From: Candidatus Poribacteria bacterium
Lineage (GTDB): Bacteria; Poribacteria; WGA-4E; UBA9662
Direction of reading: 5' to 3'
NCBI GenBank assembly: GCA_046582655.1
Contig: JAYGDX010000027.1
Coordinates: 32,001 to 96,000, forward strand
Length of the DNA stretch: 64,000 nucleotides
Shown: piece after piece, positions 9,634 through 19,214 of the stretch
Layout: each line of letters starts with the position of its first letter
Numbering within the stretch: position 1 is the first letter of the stretch
Notes under the pieces: model-generated
Databases searched by the model: none
What the model saw: the letters and a program-made list of their open reading frames with translations, nothing else
What the model was told of the DNA's origin: nothing
Translations under genes and position numbers: made by a program

Positions 9634-11322
9634 TTATTGTATTTCAACAACCGGCTGGACTGACATCACAACTGGCAAAATTATGGGAGTTTGGGCTGTT
9701 TGGCTTCGAAAAAACCGCTTGAGTTCTGATCGAATCTCTTCCCGGATTAGATCTATCTCTTCTTCCAAGTCAAAGTTAACTCTTTCAACTGCTTTAGCCA
9801 CAACTTCTTTGGCTTCGGCGATTAGACCCTCTGACACATCAATATGGACAAAACCACGTGAGACAATCTCAGGTGTACCAAGGATCTTACCTGTTTCTTG
9901 ATTGATTACAACAACTGGAATCACCATTCCATTCGTGGCCAACTGACAACGATCACGCACAACGATGTCCTCAGTTGTCATCAATTTCCCATCGACAAAA
10001 ACAACTCCGGACTGCACTTTACCATCAATGTAACAATCGTCATCACCAAGCAGAATTAAGTCACCAGTTTCAGCGACAGTGACATTTTGATTTGGAATAC
10101 CCAGAGATTCAGCCAGTTCAGCATGTTGAATCAGGTTGCTGTACTCACCATGAATTGGAATGAAGAACTTTGGCTTGGTCAGAGTTAACATTAATTTCAG
10201 GTCTTCGCGTGCTCCATGTCCGGAGACGTGCACATGGTCATTTTGTTCGTGTATCACATGTGCTCCGCGTCGCAAGATATGACCGATCATCTTTCGAATC
10301 TCCCTTTCATTTCCTGGGATTTGTCGCGCAGATATTAGCACGGTATCACCTGAATCAATGTGTAGCAATGTGTGATCTCCTCTTGAGATGAGAGACATTG
10401 CCGATCTTGGTTCACCTTGGCTACCAGTACAGAGTGTCATCGTTTCATTTGGTTCGAATCTTTTAGCATCCTTTAGATCAATCAATAAATCATGCGGCAG
10501 ATCTAAGTAACCAAGTTCAGTAGCCGTGTTAATGTTACCGATCATTGATCGTCCGGAAATCGCAATCAAACGGCGGTGTTTAACTGCTAGATCAATAAAT
10601 TGCTGAATCCTATGTAGGCTAGAGGCAAACGTGCAGATGAACAGTCGCTGTTCCGCGTTTTGAAAGATATTGTCCAGATTAGAGTAGATACTGCGTTCGG
10701 ACGGTGTTACGCCAGGGCGGTCCGCATTGGTGCTATCTGATAGAAGGAGCGATACTCCTTTTTCACCCAGTGCAGCGAGTTTGTGAATTTCGCTTGGTTT
10801 ATCATCGACGGGAGTCGGATCGAATTTAAAATCGCTGGTGTGAATAATCACACCTACTGGAGTACGAACCACCACTGCTAGGGTAGATGGTATACTATGT
10901 GTCATATGAATGAATTCAAGTTTGAAACAACCTAATTCCAAACTGTCATCTGGTGTAATTGCATTCAGATTCGACTTGGACAGCACTTTATTTTCCCGCA
11001 GGCGTTCTTTAGCAAATGCAAGCGTGAGTTCTGTCCCGTAAACTGGAACATTAACCTGATCGAGAAAAAAAGAGAGACCACCCATGTGATCCTCATGCGC
11101 GTGGGTGATAATAATAGCTCTAATCTTATGTTCATTTTGTACTAAGTAACTGATGTCAGGAATAATGAAATCCACTCCAGGAGCGGAGTCATCAGAGAAC
11201 ATAATTCCACAATCAATGACAATGATATCGTCGCCACATTCATAGGCCATAATGTTCATACCAAATTCGCCTAGCCCGCCAAGAGGGACGATTGATACAT
11301 GATCAGCTTGGTTTTCAGTCAT
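9634..11322 (-). CDS. rnj: Ribonuclease J
   Basis: PLGGLGEFGMN, THAHEDHMGG, HSIP, SDSTNA, TGSQGEP, HVSGH, PIHGE. ATG at 11322 chosen on RBS (track start is 11334). Confidence 0.95.
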   Translation of the reverse strand: MTENQADHVSIVPLGGLGEFGMNIMAYECGDDIIVIDCGIMFSDDSAPGVDFIIPDISYLVQNEHKIRAIIITHAHEDHMGGLSFFLDQVNVPVYGTELTLAFAKERLRENKVLSKSNLNAITPDDSLELGCFKLEFIHMTHSIPSTLAVVVRTPVGVIIHTSDFKFDPTPVDDKPSEIHKLAALGEKGVSLLLSDSTNADRPGVTPSERSIYSNLDNIFQNAEQRLFICTFASSLHRIQQFIDLAVKHRRLIAISGRSMIGNINTATELGYLDLPHDLLIDLKDAKRFEPNETMTLCTGSQGEPRSAMSLISRGDHTLLHIDSGDTVLISARQIPGNEREIRKMIGHILRRGAHVIHEQNDHVHVSGHGAREDLKLMLTLTKPKFFIPIHGEYSNLIQHAELAESLGIPNQNVTVAETGDLILLGDDDCYIDGKVQSGVVFVDGKLMTTEDIVVRDRCQLATNGMVIPVVVINQETGKILGTPEIVSRGFVHIDVSEGLIAEAKEVVAKAVERVNFDLEEEIDLIREEIRSELKRFFRSQTAQTPIILPVVMSVQPVVEIQ

Positions 11323-11368
11323 AAATCCCTTCAATATTTTATTATACTGGTTTAGTTCGGTAGTGAAA

Positions 11369-14158
11369 CTAAATGATAAAGTTGATCAAACGTTGAGGGA
11401 CAATGATTACACGACGGATTTCGTTTCCCTCCAAACGTTTAGCGATTTTCGGATCTGATTTGGCTGCCATTTTCATCTCCTCATCCGTTGCTGAGGCTGG
11501 AACCTGGATTGTACCACGCATTTTTCCTTGGATTTGTACTGCTATCGTAATTTCGTCGTCCTTGGCTTTCTCTGGATCACCGGTTGGAAACCTTTCATCT
11601 GAAAGTTCATGCTCGGAGAATTGGCAAATTTCCCAAATCTCTTCAGCAATATGTGGCGCGAACGGTGCGAGAAGTAACAGGAAAACACGCCCAACTTCCT
11701 TCGGAACACTCTCCATCTGCACAAGTTCATTGTTGAACTCAATCAGTGCGGCGATGGCTGTATTAAAGCGCAGGTTTTCCAGATCGTCGGTAACTTTGAG
11801 AATTGTTTTGTGTTGCAACTTTTCAAGTTCCGGTGTTAAACCATCAACCAAATTGGGTGTTCGATCTTCAGTTACGAAATTTCTCCATACTCTCTGTAGG
11901 AATCTCTGCATGCCACGTATTCCTTCCATACTCCATGGTGCACTTGTCTCCAGAGGTCCCATATACATTTCATATAGACGTAGTGTATCAACACCATATT
12001 CCTTGCCTACTTCCTCTGGTGGAAGTCCGTTCTTGTAACGCTTCCCCATTTTTCCACTAAACCGTGTTAGTTTTTCTCCAGTTTTGGTATGGTATGGTTC
12101 ACCATCATGCAGTTCAACTTCACGGATGTCGATGTAAACACCTTGGCTATTAGCAAATGCATCGGCCGTGATCATCCCTTGGTTGAATAGTTTCTTAAAT
12201 GGTTCAGGAGCAGAAACATGACCAAGATCATACAGCACTTTATGCCAGAAACGCGAATAGAGCAGGTGTAGGACTGCGTGTTCAGCACCACCGACATAAA
12301 GATCAACTGGCATGAAAAACCGTTCTTTTTGGTCATCACAAAATGCTTGATCGTTTTTGGGATCAATGAACCGCAGGAAATACCAACATGATCCCGCCCA
12401 TTGCGGCATCACGTTAAGTTCACGTTTGTACTTCTTCCCATCTGTTTCTATCTCCTTCCACGATTTGTCAGCGCGAGAAAGAGGTGGTCTAACAGGTGAA
12501 TTTGGGTCATCAGATGTCTCTGGACGGAAATTTTCCATCTCTGGCAGGATAACCGGAGGATCCACTGATATCGTGTCCCCATCAGGACCAATTGCTATTG
12601 GAAAGGGTTCTCCCCAATAGCGCTGGCGAGAAAAAATCCAATCTCGCAATTTATAATTGACTGTGGTTTTCCCTTGACCATGCTCTTCCAGCGTCTTGGT
12701 GATTTTTTCCTTGGCTTCTGGCGTGCTTAAGCTTGTAATTGCAAATGGGGTTTCACTGACATCACCCGAATTAATCGAGATTCCTTCACCTGTAAAACAT
12801 CCTTCGGCGTTATCTTTTATAGCCTGAACGACTTTGGTAATTGGCAGATCATATTTCTGGGAAAATTCAAAATCGCGTTCATCGTGTGCGGGTACTGCCA
12901 TAATCGCCCCTGAACCGTAGTCCATGCTAACGTAATCAGCAACAAATATTGGTAATTTCTCACCGTTGACCGGGTTCCGTGCATAAATCCCGCTTATAAT
13001 GCCGGTTTTTTCTTTTGTATCGTGATTAATTGGTACCTCTTTTTTCGCTTTAGCAATGTAGGTTTCCACCTGATTGGCGTAGGATGGAGGCACTAAGTAT
13101 TCGGATGATCCTTTCGTGACAATCGGATGTTGGGGTGCGACAACCATAAAGGTAGCTCCAAAAAGAGTGTCGGGTCGGGTCGTATAAACTGTCAGCACGT
13201 TTGCAATTTGATTTGTTTCTGGATATAAAACATCGAATTTAACATCTGATCCTTGACTGCGACCGATCCAGTTTCTCTGCATTAACTTAATTGATTCTGG
13301 CCAATTAAGCTGAAAGGTCCCGCCTTTACCATCAGGTAGTTCTGCTACATCGAGGTCATTAAGTAATCTTTCACTGTAAGCGGTAATGCGCATCATCCAC
13401 TGTCGTAATGGTCGTTGATAAACTAGGAAATTCCCACGTTCACTTTTGCCGTCACTGGTTACTTCTTCGTTTGCTAACACTGTCCCAAGCTTCGGACACC
13501 AGTTGACTATTACTTCTTTATGATAAGCGATTCTGTAGTTATTCAACACTGAGGATCTTTGCGAATTAGTGAGGTTTCCCCACATTTGGTTGGGGCCTGC
13601 AACTTCTCTGTCTGCATCAGATAGCTGTCGAGTTCCGTTGTCAAGCTCCTCTATTAATTCAGAAATTGGTCGTCCTTTCTGCAGACTGGAATCAAACCAG
13701 CTTTCAAAAAATTGTTTGAACATCCACTGAGTCCAACGATAATAATCTTCACGCGATGTTGCGATCTCGCGATCCCAATCGTAGCCTAGACCTAAAAACT
13801 GGAGTTGCTCACGAATCGTGTCAATGTTCTGTTCAGTCACCACTGCCGGATGGACACCATGTTCGATCGCATACTGTTCGGCAGGCAGACCAAAACTGTC
13901 AAAGCCCATCGGATGCAGGACATTAAAACCTCGCATTTTTTTGTAACGACTATAGATATCAGTTGCAATATAGCCTTTGGGATGACCTACATGTAGGCCT
14001 GACCCACTTGGATAAGGAAACATATCCAAAACATAACATTTAGGTTTATCAGAGGATTCGGTAGCGACTGGTTCATCTGTACGGAAAGTTCTTTGTTCCA
14101 ACCAATGACGACGCCACCGCTCTTCAATTTCGCAGAAATTATATAATCCCTTCTTCAT
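11369..14158 (-). CDS. leuS: Leucine--tRNA ligase
   Basis: LDMFPYPSGSGLHVGH (HIGH), TTRPDTLFG editing domain, SRQRYWGEP, GGAEHAVLHLLY; the KMSKS position reads KMGKR. Confidence 0.97.
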   Translation of the reverse strand: MKKGLYNFCEIEERWRRHWLEQRTFRTDEPVATESSDKPKCYVLDMFPYPSGSGLHVGHPKGYIATDIYSRYKKMRGFNVLHPMGFDSFGLPAEQYAIEHGVHPAVVTEQNIDTIREQLQFLGLGYDWDREIATSREDYYRWTQWMFKQFFESWFDSSLQKGRPISELIEELDNGTRQLSDADREVAGPNQMWGNLTNSQRSSVLNNYRIAYHKEVIVNWCPKLGTVLANEEVTSDGKSERGNFLVYQRPLRQWMMRITAYSERLLNDLDVAELPDGKGGTFQLNWPESIKLMQRNWIGRSQGSDVKFDVLYPETNQIANVLTVYTTRPDTLFGATFMVVAPQHPIVTKGSSEYLVPPSYANQVETYIAKAKKEVPINHDTKEKTGIISGIYARNPVNGEKLPIFVADYVSMDYGSGAIMAVPAHDERDFEFSQKYDLPITKVVQAIKDNAEGCFTGEGISINSGDVSETPFAITSLSTPEAKEKITKTLEEHGQGKTTVNYKLRDWIFSRQRYWGEPFPIAIGPDGDTISVDPPVILPEMENFRPETSDDPNSPVRPPLSRADKSWKEIETDGKKYKRELNVMPQWAGSCWYFLRFIDPKNDQAFCDDQKERFFMPVDLYVGGAEHAVLHLLYSRFWHKVLYDLGHVSAPEPFKKLFNQGMITADAFANSQGVYIDIREVELHDGEPYHTKTGEKLTRFSGKMGKRYKNGLPPEEVGKEYGVDTLRLYEMYMGPLETSAPWSMEGIRGMQRFLQRVWRNFVTEDRTPNLVDGLTPELEKLQHKTILKVTDDLENLRFNTAIAALIEFNNELVQMESVPKEVGRVFLLLLAPFAPHIAEEIWEICQFSEHELSDERFPTGDPEKAKDDEITIAVQIQGKMRGTIQVPASATDEEMKMAAKSDPKIAKRLEGNEIRRVIIVPQRLINFII

Positions 14159-14391
14159 TCCTATATCTCTCTATCCTTCATCAGTATTGGTGCCAACATC
14201 GCGATAGCACAAAAACTGGCTTGGCATAATTCAATGTTTTGCCACAGAGATGAGGACATATTATATTATTATATATCTTTGAATTTTCCAACAGTTTTAA
14301 TATGGGGTGCCAATTAAGATTATGGGCAAAGAACCAACTCTCTATTTTATTACGGAAATTTACTGTTAACGTTATTCACAAAATAATATAG

Positions 14392-14445
14392 AAAGGGCAA
14401 TTCTCCGCAGGTTTCAGTAACCATTTTCTGCTAGAATTGCCCTTT
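14392..14445 (-). terminator. Long hairpin, probable intrinsic terminator downstream of the cold-shock gene
   Basis: AAAGGGCAATTCT (14392-14404) and AGAATTGCCCTTT (14433-14445) form a perfect 13-bp inverted repeat with an inner GCAG/CTGC pair, followed on the minus strand by a T-rich tract. Confidence 0.55.
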
Positions 14446-14564
14446 GCGATACTGTTTCATTTCATACCGACATTTTAGTTACGATAGTATGCCGGTTTAT
14501 TAATAAGAATTAGAGTAATTGCGTTAGTTAGGAAATTGAGTTCCCTTACTAGATATCACCTTCC

Positions 14565-14765
14565 TTACAGTCTGACGACATTTCTGGCTTGGAGACCTTT
14601 TTCAGTTTCCGAAACCTCAAATTCAACTTCCTGTCCTTCCATAAGTGTTTTGTGTCCAAATCCTTGGATCTCAGAATAATGGACAAAAACGTCTTGTCCT
14701 TCATCAGTGACTATAAAACCATAACCCTTGGCATCGTTAAACCACTTGACTTGACCTTTTTTCAT
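14565..14765 (-). CDS. cspA: Cold-shock protein (CspA family)
   Basis: [16 protein letters not shown] (RNP1), DVFVHYS (RNP2), strong GGAGGTG RBS. Confidence 0.95.
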   Translation of the reverse strand: MKKGQVKWFNDAKGYGFIVTDEGQDVFVHYSEIQGFGHKTLMEGQEVEFEVSETEKGLQARNVVRL

Positions 14766-14964
14766 CAGTTGACACCTCCTTCCATAAAAAAGCTCGTAAA
14801 TGCTCCAATAGAGTTTCGGAAGTAGAAGTTACAAAACTAAATACTTACTAAACAGAAGTAACTGGATTTTGAACTACCGGCAACTTAAAACATCCTGTGA
14901 TTCATTCACACTATGAACAATGTTCATGAAACCTTACCTTGACAAAATCTTGAACACCGCCAGA

Positions 14965-14993
14965 ATTATACTTAATTTTGTATTACAATTCAA
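14965..14993 (-). promoter_or_regulatory. Sigma70-type promoter of the cold-shock gene, giving a ~190-nt 5' UTR
   Basis: Minus strand TTGAAT-N17-TATAAT. Confidence 0.6.
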
Positions 14994-15063
14994 GCCAGAT
15001 TCATGTTGGGGATGTTGTATTAAATCTACATTCATAGAATTAAATTTCTGGAGAAGACAGTAA

Positions 15064-18000
15064 TTACTGTGATGATAGAAATGTTGGAAAACTCAAATCC
15101 GGTTTATTTCCGAAGTCGGGAAGTTTCGGAGGATTTTCTTCCAACTGCACGAGAATCTCCTCGATCGCTTTGTTGAGTTGAGGATCTTCGTTTCGCATGT
15201 AATCTTGTGGTGTGATATCAACTTCAATATCAGGGTCTGTACCATAATTCTCCACTCCCCAGTCTACGTCCTGAAACCAGAACGAATATTCCGGTTGTGT
15301 TGTTTTGCTGCCATCAACAAGAGTGTGGCGTGGTGAGATACCAATTACTCCACCCCAAGTTCTTTTTCCAATAAGCGTTCCAAGTTTCATTAGCTTAAAG
15401 CAATGGCTAAAGATGTCACCGTCCGATCCCGCCAGTTCATCAGTAACTGCAACAATTGGTCCCAACAAGGAGCCTTCGGGATATGGCGTTGCCCTCCCCC
15501 AGCGTTGCAAATTATAACCAATCCGTTTTCTAGCTAATTTCTCAAGAATCAATTGTGACACATGGCCACCACCGTTACACCGAACATCAACGATTAAAGC
15601 ATCACAATTAATCTCTAAAAGATAAGATCTATGAAACTCAGCATAACCGTTTACCCCCATATCAGGGATATGTACATAGCCAACTTTACCTCCAGTCTTT
15701 GTATAAACAGTTTTTCTGTTTTGGGTTACCCATTGTCGATAATAGATAGAACGTTCATCACCAATGGCCTTAATGCTAACAGTTCGTGTTGGATTCTCTG
15801 AATCATCAGTTTTTACCGTCAACGTGACCTCTGAACCAGCTTGGTTAACTAGAAGTTGCTGTGGTGAGGTTTCCTGATCCAATTTTTGACCATTAACGGC
15901 CATGAGCTTATCTCCAACCTTAATGTTAATGCCAGGACCGTTCAATGGTGAGTCTTTTCCCTCTGACCATGAATCTCCTCGAACAATATGCAGAATCTTG
16001 TAAGCTTGATCACTCACATCATACTCAAGTTCGGCCCCAAGAAAGCCTTGACCATAGTTGTGTGGATTTAGGCGGTAATCACCACCGCTCTCGTAAGCAT
16101 GTGATGTACCTAATTCCCCTTGCATTTCCCACATCAAGTCAGAGAATTCGGATCTGGTTGTAATCCGGTCAAGTAACGGTAGATACCGGTCATGAACGCA
16201 ATTCCAATCGACCCCTGACATATCTTCAACCCAGAAGTGCTCTCGCTGCAATCGCCATGCCTCACGATACATCTGTCTCCTTTCAGTATCAGGATCAACT
16301 GAGACCTTGATCCTGCCGAGATTAATCCAGCCGCCGACACGTGTCTGCTCGTCCTTATCCGGTGCTTTCTCACAGGCTTTGATTATCCGAAGTTTGTCAG
16401 CTGACTGATAGGCTAAAATTTTGTAATCGCTACTGACTTTGAAACTGGATACATCACTCGCAATTGTTTCTTTTTCATGTTTTTCAACGTCGTACATTTC
16501 AAGGCGACTTTTTTCCTCACTTCCTGGTATAGGAAAAGACGTAAAGTACACTTTATTTTTTATACCTGCAATCTGGCCATAACGTCCTTCTGATAAAGGG
16601 AATGCAACAACTCGGTCCGTAATTCCTTCTAAATCGATCTGGACTAGTTTCTCGTCCTCCTTTTCCTTCTGCCCTTGATCGTTATGCTGTTCGACTATCG
16701 TATCTATATTTTCGTCCTCTCTGCAACTATCCTCTTTTTTATTTCCTTCGGGTTCAACCAGTGGCTTTGGCTCGGCAACAAAAGGCGATTTCTGATCAGC
16801 CTGCAGAGTTATCAAAAACGGTCGCATACCACGTGGAAAACCAAGGTCGAAATGAAGGTTATCATAGACTGGACTAAAATCACGGTAGGAGAGGAAGTAC
16901 AGAAATTTGCCTTCGGGATCAAACGATGGATTGATATCACGAAGTATCGGCTCGGTCACTTGGTGAGTTTCACCACTTTCCGTTTGACAAATCTTAATTG
17001 ACGAAGTCTGCTGTGTGCAGGCCAAACCGTAAGCAATCCACTTGCCGTCAGGCGACCATGAGACTCCGTTGACTCGCTCATAATTACTTCGATCCAACAA
17101 AGTCATTTTTTTAGACTCAAGATCGATGAGTACTAGTTCAAACCGATGATTGGTCAGAACAACAAGATCATCTTTTGGTGAGACATCAAGTGACACTGGT
17201 CTACCAATATCAAGCCCTTCAAGTTTTTCAGGTGGCTTTGATTCATTAGCATAGCGAATTTCAAGAAACTCTTCTTCACCTTCATCACTGATACATACCA
17301 GTCGCTGACCATCTTTTAACCACCGTGTTAATCGGTATCGTACACCGTCCGAGTAACCGTGCTGAGTGACCGCACCTTCCCAATTCCCCATGGTGAAGGA
17401 TTTACCGCGACTCGTAATTGAAACTGAGTGATTATGCGGATCTAGATCATAATCCTCAAAATATCTTGCTGTATCAACGAATTTTCGGTTTCTCTGGATT
17501 CGTGGCGTTCGAAAATCAATTGTAATAAGCTGATTCTTATTGTAATGAGGATCATAAACGTATAAGTCTGCCCCCACATGATAAACGATTCGATTACCGT
17601 CGGTAGAGGCGTATCGGGCATAGAATTCTTGGTGGTTTGTATGGTGCTGTAAATCTTCTCCATCGGGCAAACAAGAGTACAAATTACCAATACCTTGGTG
17701 ATCCGACAGAAAAAAGATACGATCTTCGACCCACATGGGGCTAGCGAGGTTACCACCAAGATTGATGAGTTGCCGGAATTCACCGGTGTCATCTGGATCA
17801 ATCCAGATGACACCGGCTGTCCCACCACGATAACGTTTCCAACGTGCTGGATCTGCGGTAAACCGACCCAGTACAATTCCACCGTTCTTCCCATACGAAA
17901 TATTTCGTGCAGATCCATAAGGCATAGGTTGCGAAATTCCACCGTTCTGATCTATCTCAAATAGCTGGAAACTACGTGTGAATGGCAGTTTGGCATTACT

Positions 18001-18312
18001 GGCAAAAATAATTGTTTGGTTATCGGGCTTCCAGTTTACAACCGCATTGTGTGTGCCAAGATATGTCAAACGCTCTGATAATCCTCCAAGTGTTGGCATG
18101 ACAAACACTTCAGCTGGTCCCTCTTCACGTCCTGTAAAGGCAAGATATTTACCATCCGGTGATATAAATGGATGGCTAACTTCTCCTAAATTGGAAGTAA
18201 GGCGCCGAGCAATCCCACCACTGACTTCCACTGTCCACAGATCGTCTTCTGCCACAAACACGACTTGATCCTCGTGGATAGTTGGGAAACGATAATAACC
18301 TTGTATAGACAA
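15064..18312 (-). CDS. Tricorn protease (S41 family)
   Basis: Beta-propeller repeats (SPDGK), WKRYRGG, GELGTSHAY, PDZ region, AGSDGD catalytic Ser, GKRTWGG. Confidence 0.95.
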   Translation of the reverse strand: MSIQGYYRFPTIHEDQVVFVAEDDLWTVEVSGGIARRLTSNLGEVSHPFISPDGKYLAFTGREEGPAEVFVMPTLGGLSERLTYLGTHNAVVNWKPDNQTIIFASNAKLPFTRSFQLFEIDQNGGISQPMPYGSARNISYGKNGGIVLGRFTADPARWKRYRGGTAGVIWIDPDDTGEFRQLINLGGNLASPMWVEDRIFFLSDHQGIGNLYSCLPDGEDLQHHTNHQEFYARYASTDGNRIVYHVGADLYVYDPHYNKNQLITIDFRTPRIQRNRKFVDTARYFEDYDLDPHNHSVSITSRGKSFTMGNWEGAVTQHGYSDGVRYRLTRWLKDGQRLVCISDEGEEEFLEIRYANESKPPEKLEGLDIGRPVSLDVSPKDDLVVLTNHRFELVLIDLESKKMTLLDRSNYERVNGVSWSPDGKWIAYGLACTQQTSSIKICQTESGETHQVTEPILRDINPSFDPEGKFLYFLSYRDFSPVYDNLHFDLGFPRGMRPFLITLQADQKSPFVAEPKPLVEPEGNKKEDSCREDENIDTIVEQHNDQGQKEKEDEKLVQIDLEGITDRVVAFPLSEGRYGQIAGIKNKVYFTSFPIPGSEEKSRLEMYDVEKHEKETIASDVSSFKVSSDYKILAYQSADKLRIIKACEKAPDKDEQTRVGGWINLGRIKVSVDPDTERRQMYREAWRLQREHFWVEDMSGVDWNCVHDRYLPLLDRITTRSEFSDLMWEMQGELGTSHAYESGGDYRLNPHNYGQGFLGAELEYDVSDQAYKILHIVRGDSWSEGKDSPLNGPGINIKVGDKLMAVNGQKLDQETSPQQLLVNQAGSEVTLTVKTDDSENPTRTVSIKAIGDERSIYYRQWVTQNRKTVYTKTGGKVGYVHIPDMGVNGYAEFHRSYLLEINCDALIVDVRCNGGGHVSQLILEKLARKRIGYNLQRWGRATPYPEGSLLGPIVAVTDELAGSDGDIFSHCFKLMKLGTLIGKRTWGGVIGISPRHTLVDGSKTTQPEYSFWFQDVDWGVENYGTDPDIEVDITPQDYMRNEDPQLNKAIEEILVQLEENPPKLPDFGNKPDLSFPTFLSSQ

Positions 18313-18340
18313 AATTTTTCTCCTCCAGACTTCAACAACT

Positions 18341-19206
18341 TTATGTATTCTTCAGGTTAACAAATATAAGGGCGACAACCGCCAAGGTAATTCCAATTAT
18401 CGATTTTGTGTGTAGCTTTTCCTTGAGGATAACTACACCAACCAATGTGGTAAAAAGAACGCTACTAGCAGCCGATACAGGAAAAGCGATCAGGGCATCT
18501 ACGGAATCCAATGCCAGTAGGAACGTGACACTTTGGGAAAAATTGGAAACTCCAACCAAGATACCAAAGACATATTCCCAACGTGTTGGCATGATCTTCC
18601 GATGAATGCAGACGATAGCAAAAACAAACGTTGTTACACTAAACAGGAAAAATAAATAAAATGGTTTTTGATCCATCGGACAAGTCTCATTGAAGATCTT
18701 CATCACAAGACGGCCTACACCAGCGTTCGCGAATGTAAGGGACACAACGACAGCCCCTAACCCACCTGTTGTCGTCGATACATTATTAGGGGCTACTTCT
18801 ACAGGATCATTTGTGCATAGGAGAGGTAGCGCTCCGCAGGTGAGAAATATGCCTAAGATTTGCCATGTATTAGGTGTTTCGTGCCAGATCAGAATTGCAA
18901 AGGTGAGCGGTATGACCATTGAAAGGCGAAGTATGACTGTGGTAACAACACGCCGCTGACTCGAACTGCAGCCTTCCAGAGGAAGAATCCAAGTGCGTAA
19001 GTGATACCATTAGTCGTTCCAAGCCCAGTTGTCAATCCGGAGAAACTGAAACTACCCAACTGCATCATCGACCAGATAGCAATCAGCAATGCAACCAAAT
19101 AATTTATGAACCCAATAGAATCTAAACGATAACCGCGGTCCTTTGCATATTTGAGCAGTATTCCAAAGGCAGAGGAAAGTATTACGTGCAGGATCAGGGC
19201 GATCAA
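18341..19206 (-). pseudogene. EamA/DMT-family transporter split by a frameshift near 18950
   Basis: ORFs 18889-19206 and 18341-18919 are hydrophobic and join into one DMT protein (..VRVSG|VVTTVILRLSMVIP..LIWHETPNTWQILGI..LKEKL) when the frame is shifted. Confidence 0.75.
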
Positions 19207-19214
19207 GCATTATC

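Noticed and set aside
14159..14564. T-box or tRNA upstream of leuS
   Set aside because: No T-box consensus or cloverleaf found; the hairpin is better explained as the csp terminator.
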